Of a stretch of DNA of 64,000 bases, positions 30,110-39,858 are shown in pieces. The translations under genes were made by a program, and so were the position numbers. How positions within the stretch are numbered: position 1 is the first letter of the stretch; the number at the start of each line of letters is the position of its first letter. This stretch comes from Candidatus Yanofskybacteria bacterium. Lineage in GTDB: Bacteria; Patescibacteriota; Minisyncoccia; 2-02-FULL-40-12; IGHO2-12-FULL-4. The notes below the pieces were generated by a model that was given only the letters and a program-made list of their open reading frames with translations, did not search any database and was not told the origin of the DNA. The stretch is taken from positions 23,008 to 87,007 of the forward strand of contig JACPNK010000007.1 in assembly GCA_016185525.1 (NCBI GenBank), read 5' to 3'.

Positions 30110-30514
30110 ATGCTTCAGCCAAAAAGAATAAAACATCGCAAAGTGCATCCAGGCAGACTTCCAAAAAAGGCAACAAGAGGCTTTACTTTAAGCTTTGGCG
30201 GTTTTGGTCTGAAAGCGCTGGAATCTGCTTGGATAAATTCCCGTCAGATAGAGTCGGCAAGGCGTACTATGACTCGGTTTATACAAAGAGGCGGTAAAAT
30301 ATGGATAAGAGTTTTTCCTGATAAGCCGGTTACCGCAAAACCGCCGGAAGTCGGAATGGGCGGAGGAGCCGGAGCTTTGAAAGAGTTTGTTGCTCCCATA
30401 GGAGCCGGCAAGATATTGTTTGAAATGGATGGTGTCAGTGAGGCTGTTGCCAGAGAAGCTTTCCGGCTTGCGGCTTTCAAGTTGCCGATAAAAACACAGT
30501 TTATTAAAAGATAA
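30110..30514 (+). CDS. rplP: 50S ribosomal protein uL16
   Basis: [19 protein letters not shown]. Confidence 0.99.
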   Translation: MLQPKRIKHRKVHPGRLPKKATRGFTLSFGGFGLKALESAWINSRQIESARRTMTRFIQRGGKIWIRVFPDKPVTAKPPEVGMGGGAGALKEFVAPIGAGKILFEMDGVSEAVAREAFRLAAFKLPIKTQFIKR

Positions 30515-30515
30515 T

Positions 30516-30707
30516 ATGAAATTTAAAGAAGTCAAAGAAAAAAAACAGGAAGAGTTGCGGGAGATGCTTAAAAACTTGCGCATTAAGCTGGGCAAACTGC
30601 TTTTTGACTTGAACAGCAACAGTTTAAAGGACTTTAGCCAGGTTCAGAAAACAAAGAAAGATATTGCCAGAATTTTGACTGCTTTGAAATTAACCGTTAG
30701 TAATTAA
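30516..30707 (+). CDS. rpmC: 50S ribosomal protein uL29
   Basis: KKDIARILT; position in operon. Confidence 0.95.
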   Translation: MKFKEVKEKKQEELREMLKNLRIKLGKLLFDLNSNSLKDFSQVQKTKKDIARILTALKLTVSN

Positions 30708-30713
30708 TTACTT

Positions 30714-30968
30714 ATGAATCAAAAAGACAAAACACCGCGTATTTTGAAAGGAGTTGTGGTTTCCGATAAGATGCGGAAAACCGTCGTAGTTGAAGTCGTT
30801 CACCTTAGAAAACATCCGAAATACAAAAAATATTTTAAGGTTTCCAAAAGGTATAAGGTGCACGATGAACAGAATGAATACCACACAGGAGACAAAGTCT
30901 TGATTCGGGAAACCAGGCCTTTGTCTAAAGACAAGAGGTTTAAGGTTTATTCAAGGGTTAGTAAGTAA
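30714..30968 (+). CDS. rpsQ: 30S ribosomal protein uS17
   Basis: [24 protein letters not shown]. Confidence 0.99.
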   Translation: MNQKDKTPRILKGVVVSDKMRKTVVVEVVHLRKHPKYKKYFKVSKRYKVHDEQNEYHTGDKVLIRETRPLSKDKRFKVYSRVSK

Positions 30969-30979
30969 TTTTTTCTACC

Positions 30980-31345
30980 ATGTTGCAGATGCGTTCAATA
31001 ATTGATGTTGCCGATAATAGTGGAGCCAAAAAGGTTGGCCTTATTAAGGTTTTGGGCGGGACGCGCAAAAGATACGCCCAGATTGGAGACATAATTGTTG
31101 TTTCCGTAAAATCGGCAGAACCGCGCAAGCAGGTAAAGAAAAAAGATGTTGTCCGGGCTTTGGTAGTCAGACAGAGACAGCCTTTCCGCCGGCCGGACGG
31201 CAGTTATATCAGGTTTGATGATAACGCGGTTGTTATCTTAGATGGTAAAGAACCGAAAGGCGGCCGTGTTTTTGGACCGATACCAAGAGAGATCAAGGAA
31301 CGAGGTTATGATACGATTGCAAGTTTGGCGCAAGAAGTTGTCTAG
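30980..31345 (+). CDS. rplN: 50S ribosomal protein uL14
   Basis: [26 protein letters not shown]. Confidence 0.99.
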   Translation: MLQMRSIIDVADNSGAKKVGLIKVLGGTRKRYAQIGDIIVVSVKSAEPRKQVKKKDVVRALVVRQRQPFRRPDGSYIRFDDNAVVILDGKEPKGGRVFGPIPREIKERGYDTIASLAQEVV

Positions 31346-31348
31346 TTG

Positions 31349-31574
31349 TTAACAAGTTTTGAAAATATCAATCTTTCAGTACGTTCGTCTGCTCCTGCGG
31401 CAGACTCACTCGCGCTGAAGTTGCAAAGGAGAAGTTTCTGGTGGGCGGTGCTTTAGCCCGCCCATAGAATCTCCTAGGGTTTGCTCGCAGTTATAAGAAT
31501 AATTATACTGCTCGCAACCAAGCAACCCTCAACTTCAGAGCGACTTCAAGAGTGATATTCTCAAAACTTGTTAA
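31349..31574. repeat. Dispersed structured repeat, copy 1
   Basis: Outer IR TTAACAAGTTTTGAAAATATCA/TGATATTCTCAAAACTTGTTAA; core 31378-31544 shared with 57608-57741. Confidence 0.88.
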
Positions 31575-31586
31575 AAGAGTAGTCAT

Positions 31587-31904
31587 ATGAAAATCAAGAA
31601 AAATGACAAAGTAAAAATGCTTTCGGGAAAAGACCGGGGTAAAACCGGCAAGGTGATTTTTGTTTTGAATAAGGAGGACGAAGGCGCGAGAGTGGTGGTG
31701 GAGGGTTTAAATAAAATTAAGAAGCACCAGAGACCGAAGAAGCAGGGTCAAAAAGGACAGATTGTTTCTGTGGAAAGAGCGGTAGCTATTTCCACAGTGC
31801 AGTTAGTTTGTCCAAGTTGCGGCAAACCGACCAGAGTAGGCCAAAAAATTGACGGCAAAAACAAGACGAGAGTTTGTAAAAAATGTGGAGCAGTAGTTTT
31901 GTAA
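31587..31904 (+). CDS. rplX: 50S ribosomal protein uL24
   Basis: IKKNDKV..LSGKDRGK.G KOW motif. Confidence 0.98.
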   Translation: MKIKKNDKVKMLSGKDRGKTGKVIFVLNKEDEGARVVVEGLNKIKKHQRPKKQGQKGQIVSVERAVAISTVQLVCPSCGKPTRVGQKIDGKNKTRVCKKCGAVVL

Positions 31905-31918
31905 ATCGTTATCAAAAT

Positions 31919-32479
31919 ATGCCAGTATCACGTTTACTAACAAAATATAGAAAAGAAGTGATTCCTGCTATGCAGGCTAAGTTTGGCTACAAGAATATCA
32001 TGCAAGTACCCAAGGTAATCAAGGTGGTTTTGAATATTGGTGTGGGCAAGCATCTCAAAGACGACAAAATGCTGGCGAATATTGAGAAGGACTTGGCTTT
32101 GATTGCCGGACAAAAACCGGTGCCGACATTTGCCAAGAAGTCTATTTCCGGTTTTAAAGTAAGAGCCGGCATGAAAGTCGGCTACAAACTTACCTTGCGC
32201 GGAAGCAGAATGTATGGTTTTATAGATAGATTAATTTCTATTGCTTTACCCAGAACAAAAGACTTCAGGGGTATTGATGCCAAGTCTTTTGACGCTAAAA
32301 GTGTTTTGAATATGGGTATTTTGGAGCATAGCGTTTTTCCGGAGATCCATTACGAATCTCTTAAGGACGTGTTTAGCTTTGAAACAGCCGTGGTGACTAA
32401 CTCAAGAAAAAGAGAAGAAACTGTGGAACTGTTGAAATTAATGGGGTTTCCAATAAGAGTTAGTTCAAAAAGTTCGTAA
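31919..32479 (+). CDS. rplE: 50S ribosomal protein uL5
   Basis: IAGQKP, AKKSISGFKVR, LPRTKDFRG; ATG 31919. Confidence 0.98.
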   Translation: MPVSRLLTKYRKEVIPAMQAKFGYKNIMQVPKVIKVVLNIGVGKHLKDDKMLANIEKDLALIAGQKPVPTFAKKSISGFKVRAGMKVGYKLTLRGSRMYGFIDRLISIALPRTKDFRGIDAKSFDAKSVLNMGILEHSVFPEIHYESLKDVFSFETAVVTNSRKREETVELLKLMGFPIRVSSKSS

Positions 32480-32548
32480 AGTTAGAAAGTTCATAAAGTA
32501 AGAAATTAAAACTTGATGAACTTGATAAACTTTTAACTTGATAAACTA
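32461..32548. repeat. AAAGTT/AACTT tandem fold-back element
   Basis: tagttcaaaagttcgtaaagttagaaagttcataaagt...aacttgatgaacttgataaacttttaacttgataaacta. Confidence 0.7.
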
Positions 32549-32563
32549 GTTTGTGAAACAAAT

Positions 32564-32749
32564 ATGGCAAAAGAATCAACAAAAGCAAGAGCTAAGAAAA
32601 AACCAAAATTTTCCAGCAGAATTGTCAGGCGCTGTTTTGTTTGCGGCAGGAAATATGGTTACATGCGCAAGTTTGATATTTGCCGCATTCATTTCAGAGA
32701 ATTGGCAAGCGAGGGTCTTTTGCCTGGGATTAAAAAAAGTAGTTGGTAG
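32564..32749 (+). CDS. rpsN: 30S ribosomal protein uS14, short Zn-binding type
   Basis: RRCFVCGR...ICRIHFRE.A..G.LPG.KKSSW. Confidence 0.97.
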   Translation: MAKESTKARAKKKPKFSSRIVRRCFVCGRKYGYMRKFDICRIHFRELASEGLLPGIKKSSW

Positions 32750-32767
32750 TAAATTATTTTAAAAAAT

Positions 32768-33169
32768 ATGGTTAATTCAGTTGCCGACATGTTAATAAGA
32801 ATAAAGAATGCTCAAATGGCAGGCAAGGAGCGTGTTTTGGTTCCTTTTTCCAGGGCAAAGTTTGATGTGGCTAAAATACTGAAAGAAAACGGTCTGGTTC
32901 AGGAGATTGAAAGAAAAAAGAAAAAAGTTAGCAAAACAGAACAAGTGTTTTTGGAAGTAAAACTGGACTTAAGCCGCGGGATAATGCCGATTGCCGGAAT
33001 TAAGATTTTTAGCAAGCCGTCCAGACGGGTTTATCTTGGCAAGAAAGATATTAAGCCGGTTGTTTCCGGGTATGGCATATCTATAATTTCAACTTCACGC
33101 GGAATTATGAGCGGACAAGATGCTAGAAAAAATAATTTGGGCGGGGAGTTGATTGCGGAAGTCTGGTAA
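32768..33169 (+). CDS. rpsH: 30S ribosomal protein uS8
   Basis: ADMLIRIKNA, SKPSRRVY, ISTSRGIM, GGELIAEVW. Confidence 0.99.
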   Translation: MVNSVADMLIRIKNAQMAGKERVLVPFSRAKFDVAKILKENGLVQEIERKKKKVSKTEQVFLEVKLDLSRGIMPIAGIKIFSKPSRRVYLGKKDIKPVVSGYGISIISTSRGIMSGQDARKNNLGGELIAEVW

Positions 33170-33185
33170 AAATCAAACAAACCAC

Positions 33186-33731
33186 ATGAGCAGAACAGGA
33201 AAAAAACCAATATTGTTGCCAAGCGAGGTTGAATTAAAAGTTCAAGATGGTTTTGTTGTGGCCAAGGGGCCAAATGGCGAGTTGAAAAAGAAGCTTGATC
33301 CGAGGATACTTGTTGAAGTCCGAGATGGCAAGGTTTTTGTCAAACCGAAAGACATAAACGAAGAAACCGCTCCCCTTTGGGGATTATACCGGTCTTTGAT
33401 ATTCAACATGGTGAAAGGTTCTTCGTCGCAATTTGAAAAGATTTTGACTTTTCAGGGGGTGGGCTTTAGGGCGTCTGTTAAGGGAAGTGATTTAGAGTTG
33501 CATCTTGGATTTACCAATCCCGTAACTATCAAAGGTCCCGATGGAATTTCTTTCAAAGTGGAGAAAAACAAAATCATAGTTTCCGGCAGTGACAAGGAGA
33601 CGGTTGGGCAGGTGGCGGCAGAAATAAGAAAGCAAAGAAAGCCGGAACCCTATCAAGGCAGCGGCATTAAATATGAAAAAGAAGTTATTGTCAGAAAAGC
33701 CGGCAAGAAAGCTGCGGTAGCTGCGGCCTAG
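33186..33731 (+). CDS. rplF: 50S ribosomal protein uL6
   Basis: MSRTGKKPI, GVGFRA, RKPEPYQGSGI. Confidence 0.98.
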   Translation: MSRTGKKPILLPSEVELKVQDGFVVAKGPNGELKKKLDPRILVEVRDGKVFVKPKDINEETAPLWGLYRSLIFNMVKGSSSQFEKILTFQGVGFRASVKGSDLELHLGFTNPVTIKGPDGISFKVEKNKIIVSGSDKETVGQVAAEIRKQRKPEPYQGSGIKYEKEVIVRKAGKKAAVAAA

Positions 33732-33752
33732 TATGTTTAATTAAGTTTTAAA

Positions 33753-34103
33753 ATGGCTGAAAAAACAAACAAAATAATACAACGCCGTAAAAGACATATT
33801 CGTGTCAGGGCTAAAATCAGCGGTACAGAAAAAGTACCCAGAATTTCTGTTTTTCGCAGTGCGAAGCATGTTTATGTCCAAGCCGTCAATGACACTATAG
33901 GTAAGACCGTTTTTTCCGCGAGCGATAGTGACCTGAAAGAAAAAAATAAAATTAAAAAATCTTTTGCGGTTGGTGAGATGCTTGGCCAAGCGATAAAAAA
34001 AGAGGGTATTTCTAAAATATTGTTTGATCGGGGAGGCTTCAAATACCATGGCCGTATAAAAGCTTTGGCAGATGGGCTTAGAAGCGCGGGTCTTAAGTTC
34101 TAA
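33753..34103 (+). CDS. rplR: 50S ribosomal protein uL18
   Basis: PRISVFRS, FDRGGFKYHGRIKALAD. Confidence 0.98.
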   Translation: MAEKTNKIIQRRKRHIRVRAKISGTEKVPRISVFRSAKHVYVQAVNDTIGKTVFSASDSDLKEKNKIKKSFAVGEMLGQAIKKEGISKILFDRGGFKYHGRIKALADGLRSAGLKF

Positions 34104-34117
34104 TTTGTCCGTTGTTT

Positions 34118-34714
34118 ATGAACAAAAATTTCAGCAGTTTCAATAACAAGGAAAAAGGAGGAAGAGAGCGTTCTGCTAACTGGCGCAAAAAAGACGGCCT
34201 TTCACCCGACAAGAGGTCTGATTTTGATCAGAAGGTTTTAGATATTGCTCGAGTAACCAGGGTTACCAAGGGAGGCAAGCGTTTCAGTTTTAGGGCAACC
34301 GTTGTTATCGGCGACAAAAAAGGCTCAGTCGGTCTTGGTGTTGCTCAAGGCAAGGATGTTTCACAAGCTATTCAAAAAGCTGTTCATCAAGCTAAAAAAG
34401 AAATAATAAAAATTCAGGTTAAAAACGGAACAATTTTGCATCAGGTTACCGCCAAGTACAATAGTGCGGTGGTTATAATAAAGCCGGCCGGTTTGGGCAA
34501 TGGCGTCAAAGCCGGCGGACCGGTTAGGGCAGTCGCCAAACTTAGCGGTATAGAAAATATTACCGCCAAACTTTTGTCCAGAACGGGCAATAAAATAAAT
34601 ATAGCCAAGGCTGCGTTAGAAGCCTTGAAAAAACTTAGAGTGGAAACCGTTGTTGAAAGCAAAGCGGAAGCAGATAATTTGGTCAATAATACGACACAAA
34701 ATGCAAATACATGA
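34118..34714 (+). CDS. rpsE: 30S ribosomal protein uS5
   Basis: RVTRVTKGGKRFSF. Confidence 0.98.
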   Translation: MNKNFSSFNNKEKGGRERSANWRKKDGLSPDKRSDFDQKVLDIARVTRVTKGGKRFSFRATVVIGDKKGSVGLGVAQGKDVSQAIQKAVHQAKKEIIKIQVKNGTILHQVTAKYNSAVVIIKPAGLGNGVKAGGPVRAVAKLSGIENITAKLLSRTGNKINIAKAALEALKKLRVETVVESKAEADNLVNNTTQNANT

Positions 34715-35159
34715 ACTGAAAAAATTAAATAAAACCAAGACTAAAAAACGGGTTGGCCGCGGAGGCAAAAGAGGCACTTTTTCCGGGCGGGGCAGTAAGG
34801 GCCAGATGGCCAGAGGCGCCAGACTGGGCGCAGATTTCAGGGGCGGTAATGCTCCCCTCTGGAAGCTTTTTCCCAAGAAAAGAGGATCAAACAAAAAGGT
34901 TGAAATCAAACACCGCAGTTTTAATGTGAAACAGTTAAAACCAGAGATTATTAATTTGGGGCGGATTAATGATATGTTTTCCGAAGGAGATTTGGTAAAT
35001 CCAAGGACTTTGAATGAGAAAAAAGTTACTCGGTCTAAAATCGCGAAGATTAAGTTGCTTGGCGATGGTGAGCTTGTCAAAAAACTTATTTTTTCAGGAA
35101 TTACATTTTCTGGTCAGGCCAGAGAAAAAGTTCTAAAGTCGGGGTCTGAAATAAAATAA
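34701..35159 (+). CDS. rplO: 50S ribosomal protein uL15
   Basis: RVGRGGKRGTFSGRGSKGQ; overlaps rpsE with no rpmD between them. Confidence 0.97.
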   Translation: MQIHELKKLNKTKTKKRVGRGGKRGTFSGRGSKGQMARGARLGADFRGGNAPLWKLFPKKRGSNKKVEIKHRSFNVKQLKPEIINLGRINDMFSEGDLVNPRTLNEKKVTRSKIAKIKLLGDGELVKKLIFSGITFSGQAREKVLKSGSEIK

Positions 35160-35166
35160 ATTTTTT

Positions 35167-36426
35167 ATGGATAAACTTTTGAGGATTTTTAAAATCAAGG
35201 ACTTGAGGAATAAAGTTTTTTTCATTCTTGGGATTTTGGTTGTTTTCAGAATTGCTTCCGCTATCCCTATTCCAAGCGTTGATGCGGTTAGATTGAAGGC
35301 GTTTTTTGAAGATAATCAGCTTTTCAGTCTGATTAGTGTTTTCACCGGAGGAGGGTTATCCAGCCTTTCAATTGTAATGTTGGGTTTGGGGCCGTATATT
35401 ACCGGATCTATTATAATGCAGCTTTTGACCATGATTTTTCCATCACTGGAGGAAATATATAAATACGGAGGCGAGGCCGGCAAAGCCAAATTCAACCAAT
35501 ACTCTAGGATGCTGACAGTTCCCTTGGCCTTGCTACAGGGGTATGGTTTTATGCTTTTGCTTTCTCGGCAGGGAGTTTTACAGCCTTTGAATTTAATGCA
35601 GTGGGCTTCATCTTTGATTGTCGTTACCGCCGGCGCTGTGCTTTTGATGTGGCTGGGCGAACTGATAACGGAGAAAAATATAGGCAACGGCATATCTATT
35701 TTAATTTTTGCCGGAATTATGGCCGGCTTTCCTACCGCTCTTCAGCGAACTAAAGAGACTTTTGATTATACACAACTCTTTACTTATCTGGGTTTTGCTA
35801 TAGTTGCGCTTATCGTGATTGTTGGCGTAGTTTATTTAACCGAAGCCCAAAGGAATATTCCCATCAATTATGCCAAGCGAGTCAGGGGAATGAAAATGTA
35901 CGGCGGAGTTTCCACCTACTTGCCCATGAGGGTTAATAATGCCGGAGTTATGCCTATTATTTTTGCTTTGTCCATTTTATTGTTTCCGGGCATGATTGCT
36001 AATTTTTTTGCCGCTTCCAACATCAGTTTTGTCGCTAATGTGGCTAACTTTTTGAACGGCTTTATTCAAAACAGTTATTTCTACAGCGCGTCTTATTTTA
36101 TTTTGGTTGTCGTCTTTACTTATTTTTATACGGCTATCACTTTTGACCCTAAATCAATTTCTGAAAATATCCAGAAACAGGGCGGCTATATTCCGGGCAT
36201 ACGTCCGGGCTTGGCGACGACCCAGTTTTTGTATCACCTGCTCAATCGTATTACTTTGGTTGGCGCTGTGTTTTTGGGCGTGATTGCCGTCATGCCGAAT
36301 ATCGTTCAGGGTTTTACCGGAATAACCTCTTTCAGTGTTGGCGGCACCTCTATTTTGATTGTAGTTTCGGTTGTGCTGGAAGTTATGAAGCAGATGGATG
36401 CACAGATATCAATGTATGAGTACTAG
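35167..36426 (+). CDS. secY: Preprotein translocase subunit SecY
   Basis: LGLGPYIT.SII.QL, IGNGIS, AGVMPIIFA, IPGIRPG, GGTSILI. Confidence 0.99.
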   Translation: MDKLLRIFKIKDLRNKVFFILGILVVFRIASAIPIPSVDAVRLKAFFEDNQLFSLISVFTGGGLSSLSIVMLGLGPYITGSIIMQLLTMIFPSLEEIYKYGGEAGKAKFNQYSRMLTVPLALLQGYGFMLLLSRQGVLQPLNLMQWASSLIVVTAGAVLLMWLGELITEKNIGNGISILIFAGIMAGFPTALQRTKETFDYTQLFTYLGFAIVALIVIVGVVYLTEAQRNIPINYAKRVRGMKMYGGVSTYLPMRVNNAGVMPIIFALSILLFPGMIANFFAASNISFVANVANFLNGFIQNSYFYSASYFILVVVFTYFYTAITFDPKSISENIQKQGGYIPGIRPGLATTQFLYHLLNRITLVGAVFLGVIAVMPNIVQGFTGITSFSVGGTSILIVVSVVLEVMKQMDAQISMYEY

Positions 36427-36538
36427 AGCTTTAGCGAGGAGCTATGCAATCCACAGTTCGCAACGCCTTCAAAAGCATTATCTCTAAAGCCCCTTAAACC
36501 ATTGGTCACAATTAGCGTTTAGGATTATAATTGTACTT

Positions 36539-37204
36539 ATGAAAAAGGCTGTGATATTAATAGGCCCTATTGGTTCAGGCAAAGGAACGCAGGCCGATAT
36601 TTTGGCGGAAAAATTTGGACTGATTCATCTTGAAACCTCCAAGCTTCTTGAGTATGAATTTAAAAATGGAGATCAGGCAGATTCTAAACTGATTGAACAG
36701 AAAAAGCTTTGGGAATCCGGTATATTATGCGATCCGGAATGGGTAACCGGTCTGATTTTAAAGGAAGTTGCCAAGTTGGTCCAACAAGGCAGAGGAATTG
36801 TTTTCAGCGCGTCTCCGCGCACTCTTTTTGAAGCCGAAAAACAAATACCAGAGCTAGAAAAAGTTTTTGGCAAAGAAAACATTTATGTTTTTCACATCGG
36901 TCTTAGTGAAGCGGAGTCTATCAAGAGGAACAGTGGCAGGAGAATTTGTGAAGAAAACCGTCATCCTATTCCCGATTTTCCAGAGTTCAAAAACGCAACA
37001 ACTTGTCCGAAAGACGGCTCGAGACTTATTACTAGAGAATTAGACAAGCCGGAAGTGATTAAAATCAGGTTTCAGGAATATATGAACAGGACTTATCCAA
37101 TTTTAGGTTATCTTCAAGAGCGTGACTACAAAATTATTAGAATTAACGGCGAACAGCCGATAGAAAAGGTGTCAGAAGATATTTTAAAGAATTTCAATGA
37201 TTAA
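36539..37204 (+). CDS. adk: Adenylate kinase
   Basis: GPIGSGKGTQA P-loop; secY-adk-map synteny. Confidence 0.9.
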   Translation: MKKAVILIGPIGSGKGTQADILAEKFGLIHLETSKLLEYEFKNGDQADSKLIEQKKLWESGILCDPEWVTGLILKEVAKLVQQGRGIVFSASPRTLFEAEKQIPELEKVFGKENIYVFHIGLSEAESIKRNSGRRICEENRHPIPDFPEFKNATTCPKDGSRLITRELDKPEVIKIRFQEYMNRTYPILGYLQERDYKIIRINGEQPIEKVSEDILKNFND

Positions 37205-37961
37205 AATCAAAACAAAACAACAAATAGAAACGATGGCTGACGGCGGGAAGATTTTGAAAGAAATTTTACAAAATCTTTCACTGGCCGTTAAGCCGGGAAT
37301 TAAGACCGAGGAATTAGACAAGCTTGCAGAAGAGCTTGTTTTTTCGTGGGTCAAAAAAAATCCCGAAGCAAGCATCCTCTCTTCTTTTAAAGGTTATCGG
37401 GGCTATCCGGCGTTTATCTGTATTTCTGTAAACGACGAGGTTGTTCATGGTTTGCCTTCAGACAGAGTTATAAAAAAAGGCGATGTTATCGGCTTGGACT
37501 TTGCTGTTAAGTATAAAGGTTTGCATGTTGATTCGGCTTTAACTGTGGGGGTTGGTGAAATTTCTACCGAAGCTAAAAAGTTAATTAGAGTTACGAAAGA
37601 AGCTTTGGATGTTGGTATAAAAGAAGCGACGGTTGGCAATACCACCGGAGATATTGGTTTTGCTATTCAAAAATATGTAGAAAAAAATGGTTTCAGCGTG
37701 GTTAGGGAGTTGGTTGGCCATGGCATCGGCGAACATCTCCACGAAGAGCCTTATGTGCCAAATTATGGCAAAAAAAAGGAAGGGGAGACTCTTAAAGAAG
37801 GAATGACCATTGCTATTGAACCGATGGTCAATTTTGGTAAACACGAAGTAGTCTTGGCTAAAGACGGAATTACTTACAGAACAAAAGACGGCAGTTTGTC
37901 GGCTCACTTTGAGCATACGGTGGTGATAACAAAAGACGGGCCACGGATACTGACAACTTAA
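37197..37961 (+). CDS. map: Methionine aminopeptidase type I
   Basis: CISVNDEVVHG, GHGIG..LHEEP, AIEPM, SAHFEHT. Confidence 0.98.
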   Translation: MIKIKTKQQIETMADGGKILKEILQNLSLAVKPGIKTEELDKLAEELVFSWVKKNPEASILSSFKGYRGYPAFICISVNDEVVHGLPSDRVIKKGDVIGLDFAVKYKGLHVDSALTVGVGEISTEAKKLIRVTKEALDVGIKEATVGNTTGDIGFAIQKYVEKNGFSVVRELVGHGIGEHLHEEPYVPNYGKKKEGETLKEGMTIAIEPMVNFGKHEVVLAKDGITYRTKDGSLSAHFEHTVVITKDGPRILTT

Positions 37962-38074
37962 TTTTTATTTGTTATTTTACCGCTAAGCTTATTTAATAAC
38001 GTCTGCTTAAGCAAACTTTGCCGCCCAGTATTTCTGGGCTTTTTTTGTGCTAATTTTTATGCTAGCTTGTATGT

Positions 38075-38788
38075 ATGTTTTTGTCTGTCATTATCCCTGC
38101 TTACAATGAGGAAAAACGAATAGCCAAAACGCTTTTGGCTGTGGACGAGTATCTAAAAAGGCAGACTTATCAGTACGAAATTTTGGTTGTAAACGACGGT
38201 TCAAAAGATAAGACGGCAGAGATGGTGAACGAATTAAAATCTCAAGTTTACAATTTAAGGTTGATTGACAACAAAGAAAATAATGGCAAAGGTTTTGTTG
38301 TCAGGCAAGGCATGCTGGCGGCGGGGGGCGATGTAAGATTGTTTATGGACGCCGACAATTCCACAAACATTGACCAGGTTGCCAAGTTCTTGCCGTACTT
38401 CAGTGAAGGTTACGATATTGTGGCTGGCTCAAGGCGGGCTGTCGGTTCGTTGACTGTTGTTAAACAATCCGGGTTCAGAGAATTTTTGGGTAAAATGTTC
38501 AGGTTGCTTGTGCGCATAGTCGTTCCTTTGGGAGTTGAAGACTCACAGGCTGGGTTTAAAGCTTTTTCAAAAAAGGCCGTTGAAACAGTTTTTCCGAAAC
38601 AAACTATTTTCCGCTGGGCTTTTGATGTGGAGATTTTGGCTATTGCCGGAAAATTTGGTTTCAGAATCAAGGAGGTGCCTATAATCTGGTCCAATGACGC
38701 CGAAAGCCATGTAAAATTGGGCGGGATGATTAAAATGCTTTTTGAAGTTTTAACGGTTAGAAAAAATTTATGGAGCGGAAAATATTAA
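38075..38788 (+). CDS. GT2 glycosyltransferase (polyprenyl-phosphate glycosyltransferase-like)
   Basis: SVIIPAYNE, VNDGSKD, GKG, FMDAD, DSQAGFK. Confidence 0.93.
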   Translation: MFLSVIIPAYNEEKRIAKTLLAVDEYLKRQTYQYEILVVNDGSKDKTAEMVNELKSQVYNLRLIDNKENNGKGFVVRQGMLAAGGDVRLFMDADNSTNIDQVAKFLPYFSEGYDIVAGSRRAVGSLTVVKQSGFREFLGKMFRLLVRIVVPLGVEDSQAGFKAFSKKAVETVFPKQTIFRWAFDVEILAIAGKFGFRIKEVPIIWSNDAESHVKLGGMIKMLFEVLTVRKNLWSGKY

Positions 38789-39843
38789 ACGAATTCAGGC
38801 AGGATTTGGTTTCAGGCGACTGGGTGCTTTTTGCTACGGGGAGAGCTAAACGCCCCGGTCCCGATATTGAGCAGGTCTTTGGCAAGCAGGGGCGGAAGGG
38901 ACCGCTGACAATATCGGGCTCGGGAGTTTCAACAAAAAGCAACTTCGGCATTGGGACGGCGAAGTGTCCCTTTGACGACCCCATTGCTTCCGGTCAGGAA
39001 ATTATAAAACTTTATCCATCGGAGAAGGACTGGCAGATTGCTGTAATTAAAAACAAATATCCGGCTTTGGTCTACGGAGTTTGCGAGGCGCCGAGACAAC
39101 AGGGCCCTTTTAGAGTTGCAGAAGCTTCCGGTTTTCACGAGGTGGTGATTACCAGAGATCACAATAAAAATCTTCAAGATTTTAGCGAAATAGAAACACT
39201 GGAAGTTCTTAAAGTTTTTAAGGACCGCTATCAGACAATAGCTTCTGAATTTTGCGGGCAATATATTTTAATATTTCACAACTTTGGTCTTCAGGCCGGC
39301 GGAAGCGTCCAGCACCCTCACTCTCAAATTATGGCTACGCCGATTTTGCCGCCTGATGTTATGAATAGCGTGGTCGGCGCGGAAAAGTTTTACCTTAAAA
39401 ATAATCGCAAGGTTCACGAAGTTTTGATGAATTGGGAGTTGGAACAAAAAACCAGGATAGTGAATGAAAACGAATCATTTATCGCTCTTTGTCCTTTTGT
39501 TTCAAAAAAGCCGTATGAAGTTAGAATTTTTCCAAAAAATATGAGTTCTCAATTCGAGGTAACCAACGGCAACGAATTAGAAAATCTTGCGGCAATACTC
39601 AATTCTGTTTTGAGGAAATTAAAAAAAGTTTTAAATAATCCGTCGTACAATTTTTTTATTCATTCGGCTCCAATCAAGGTTCTGGACGCAGTCGGTATGG
39701 GCGTTGAACAGTATTATACTTGGCATATGGAAATTTTTCCTCACACTTCTACTGTCGGTGGTTTTGAACTTGGCACTGGTATGGATATTAATATCATAGA
39801 TCCTGATAAAGCGGCATCAGAATTAAGAAATGCCGACTTGTAG
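38770..39843 (+). CDS. galT: Galactose-1-phosphate uridylyltransferase family protein
   Basis: R.D.VSG.WV, RAKRP, NKYPA, G.HEVVI, AGGSVQHPHSQ, GGFELGTG. Confidence 0.9.
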   Translation: MERKILNEFRQDLVSGDWVLFATGRAKRPGPDIEQVFGKQGRKGPLTISGSGVSTKSNFGIGTAKCPFDDPIASGQEIIKLYPSEKDWQIAVIKNKYPALVYGVCEAPRQQGPFRVAEASGFHEVVITRDHNKNLQDFSEIETLEVLKVFKDRYQTIASEFCGQYILIFHNFGLQAGGSVQHPHSQIMATPILPPDVMNSVVGAEKFYLKNNRKVHEVLMNWELEQKTRIVNENESFIALCPFVSKKPYEVRIFPKNMSSQFEVTNGNELENLAAILNSVLRKLKKVLNNPSYNFFIHSAPIKVLDAVGMGVEQYYTWHMEIFPHTSTVGGFELGTGMDINIIDPDKAASELRNADL

Positions 39844-39858
39844 TGAGTTTACCGAACT

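Noticed and set aside
31378-31423. Hammerhead-like junction on the minus strand of the dispersed repeat (GAGTGA-stem-GAAC)
   Set aside because: It lacks the CUGANGA and GAAA core, so the resemblance is insufficient.
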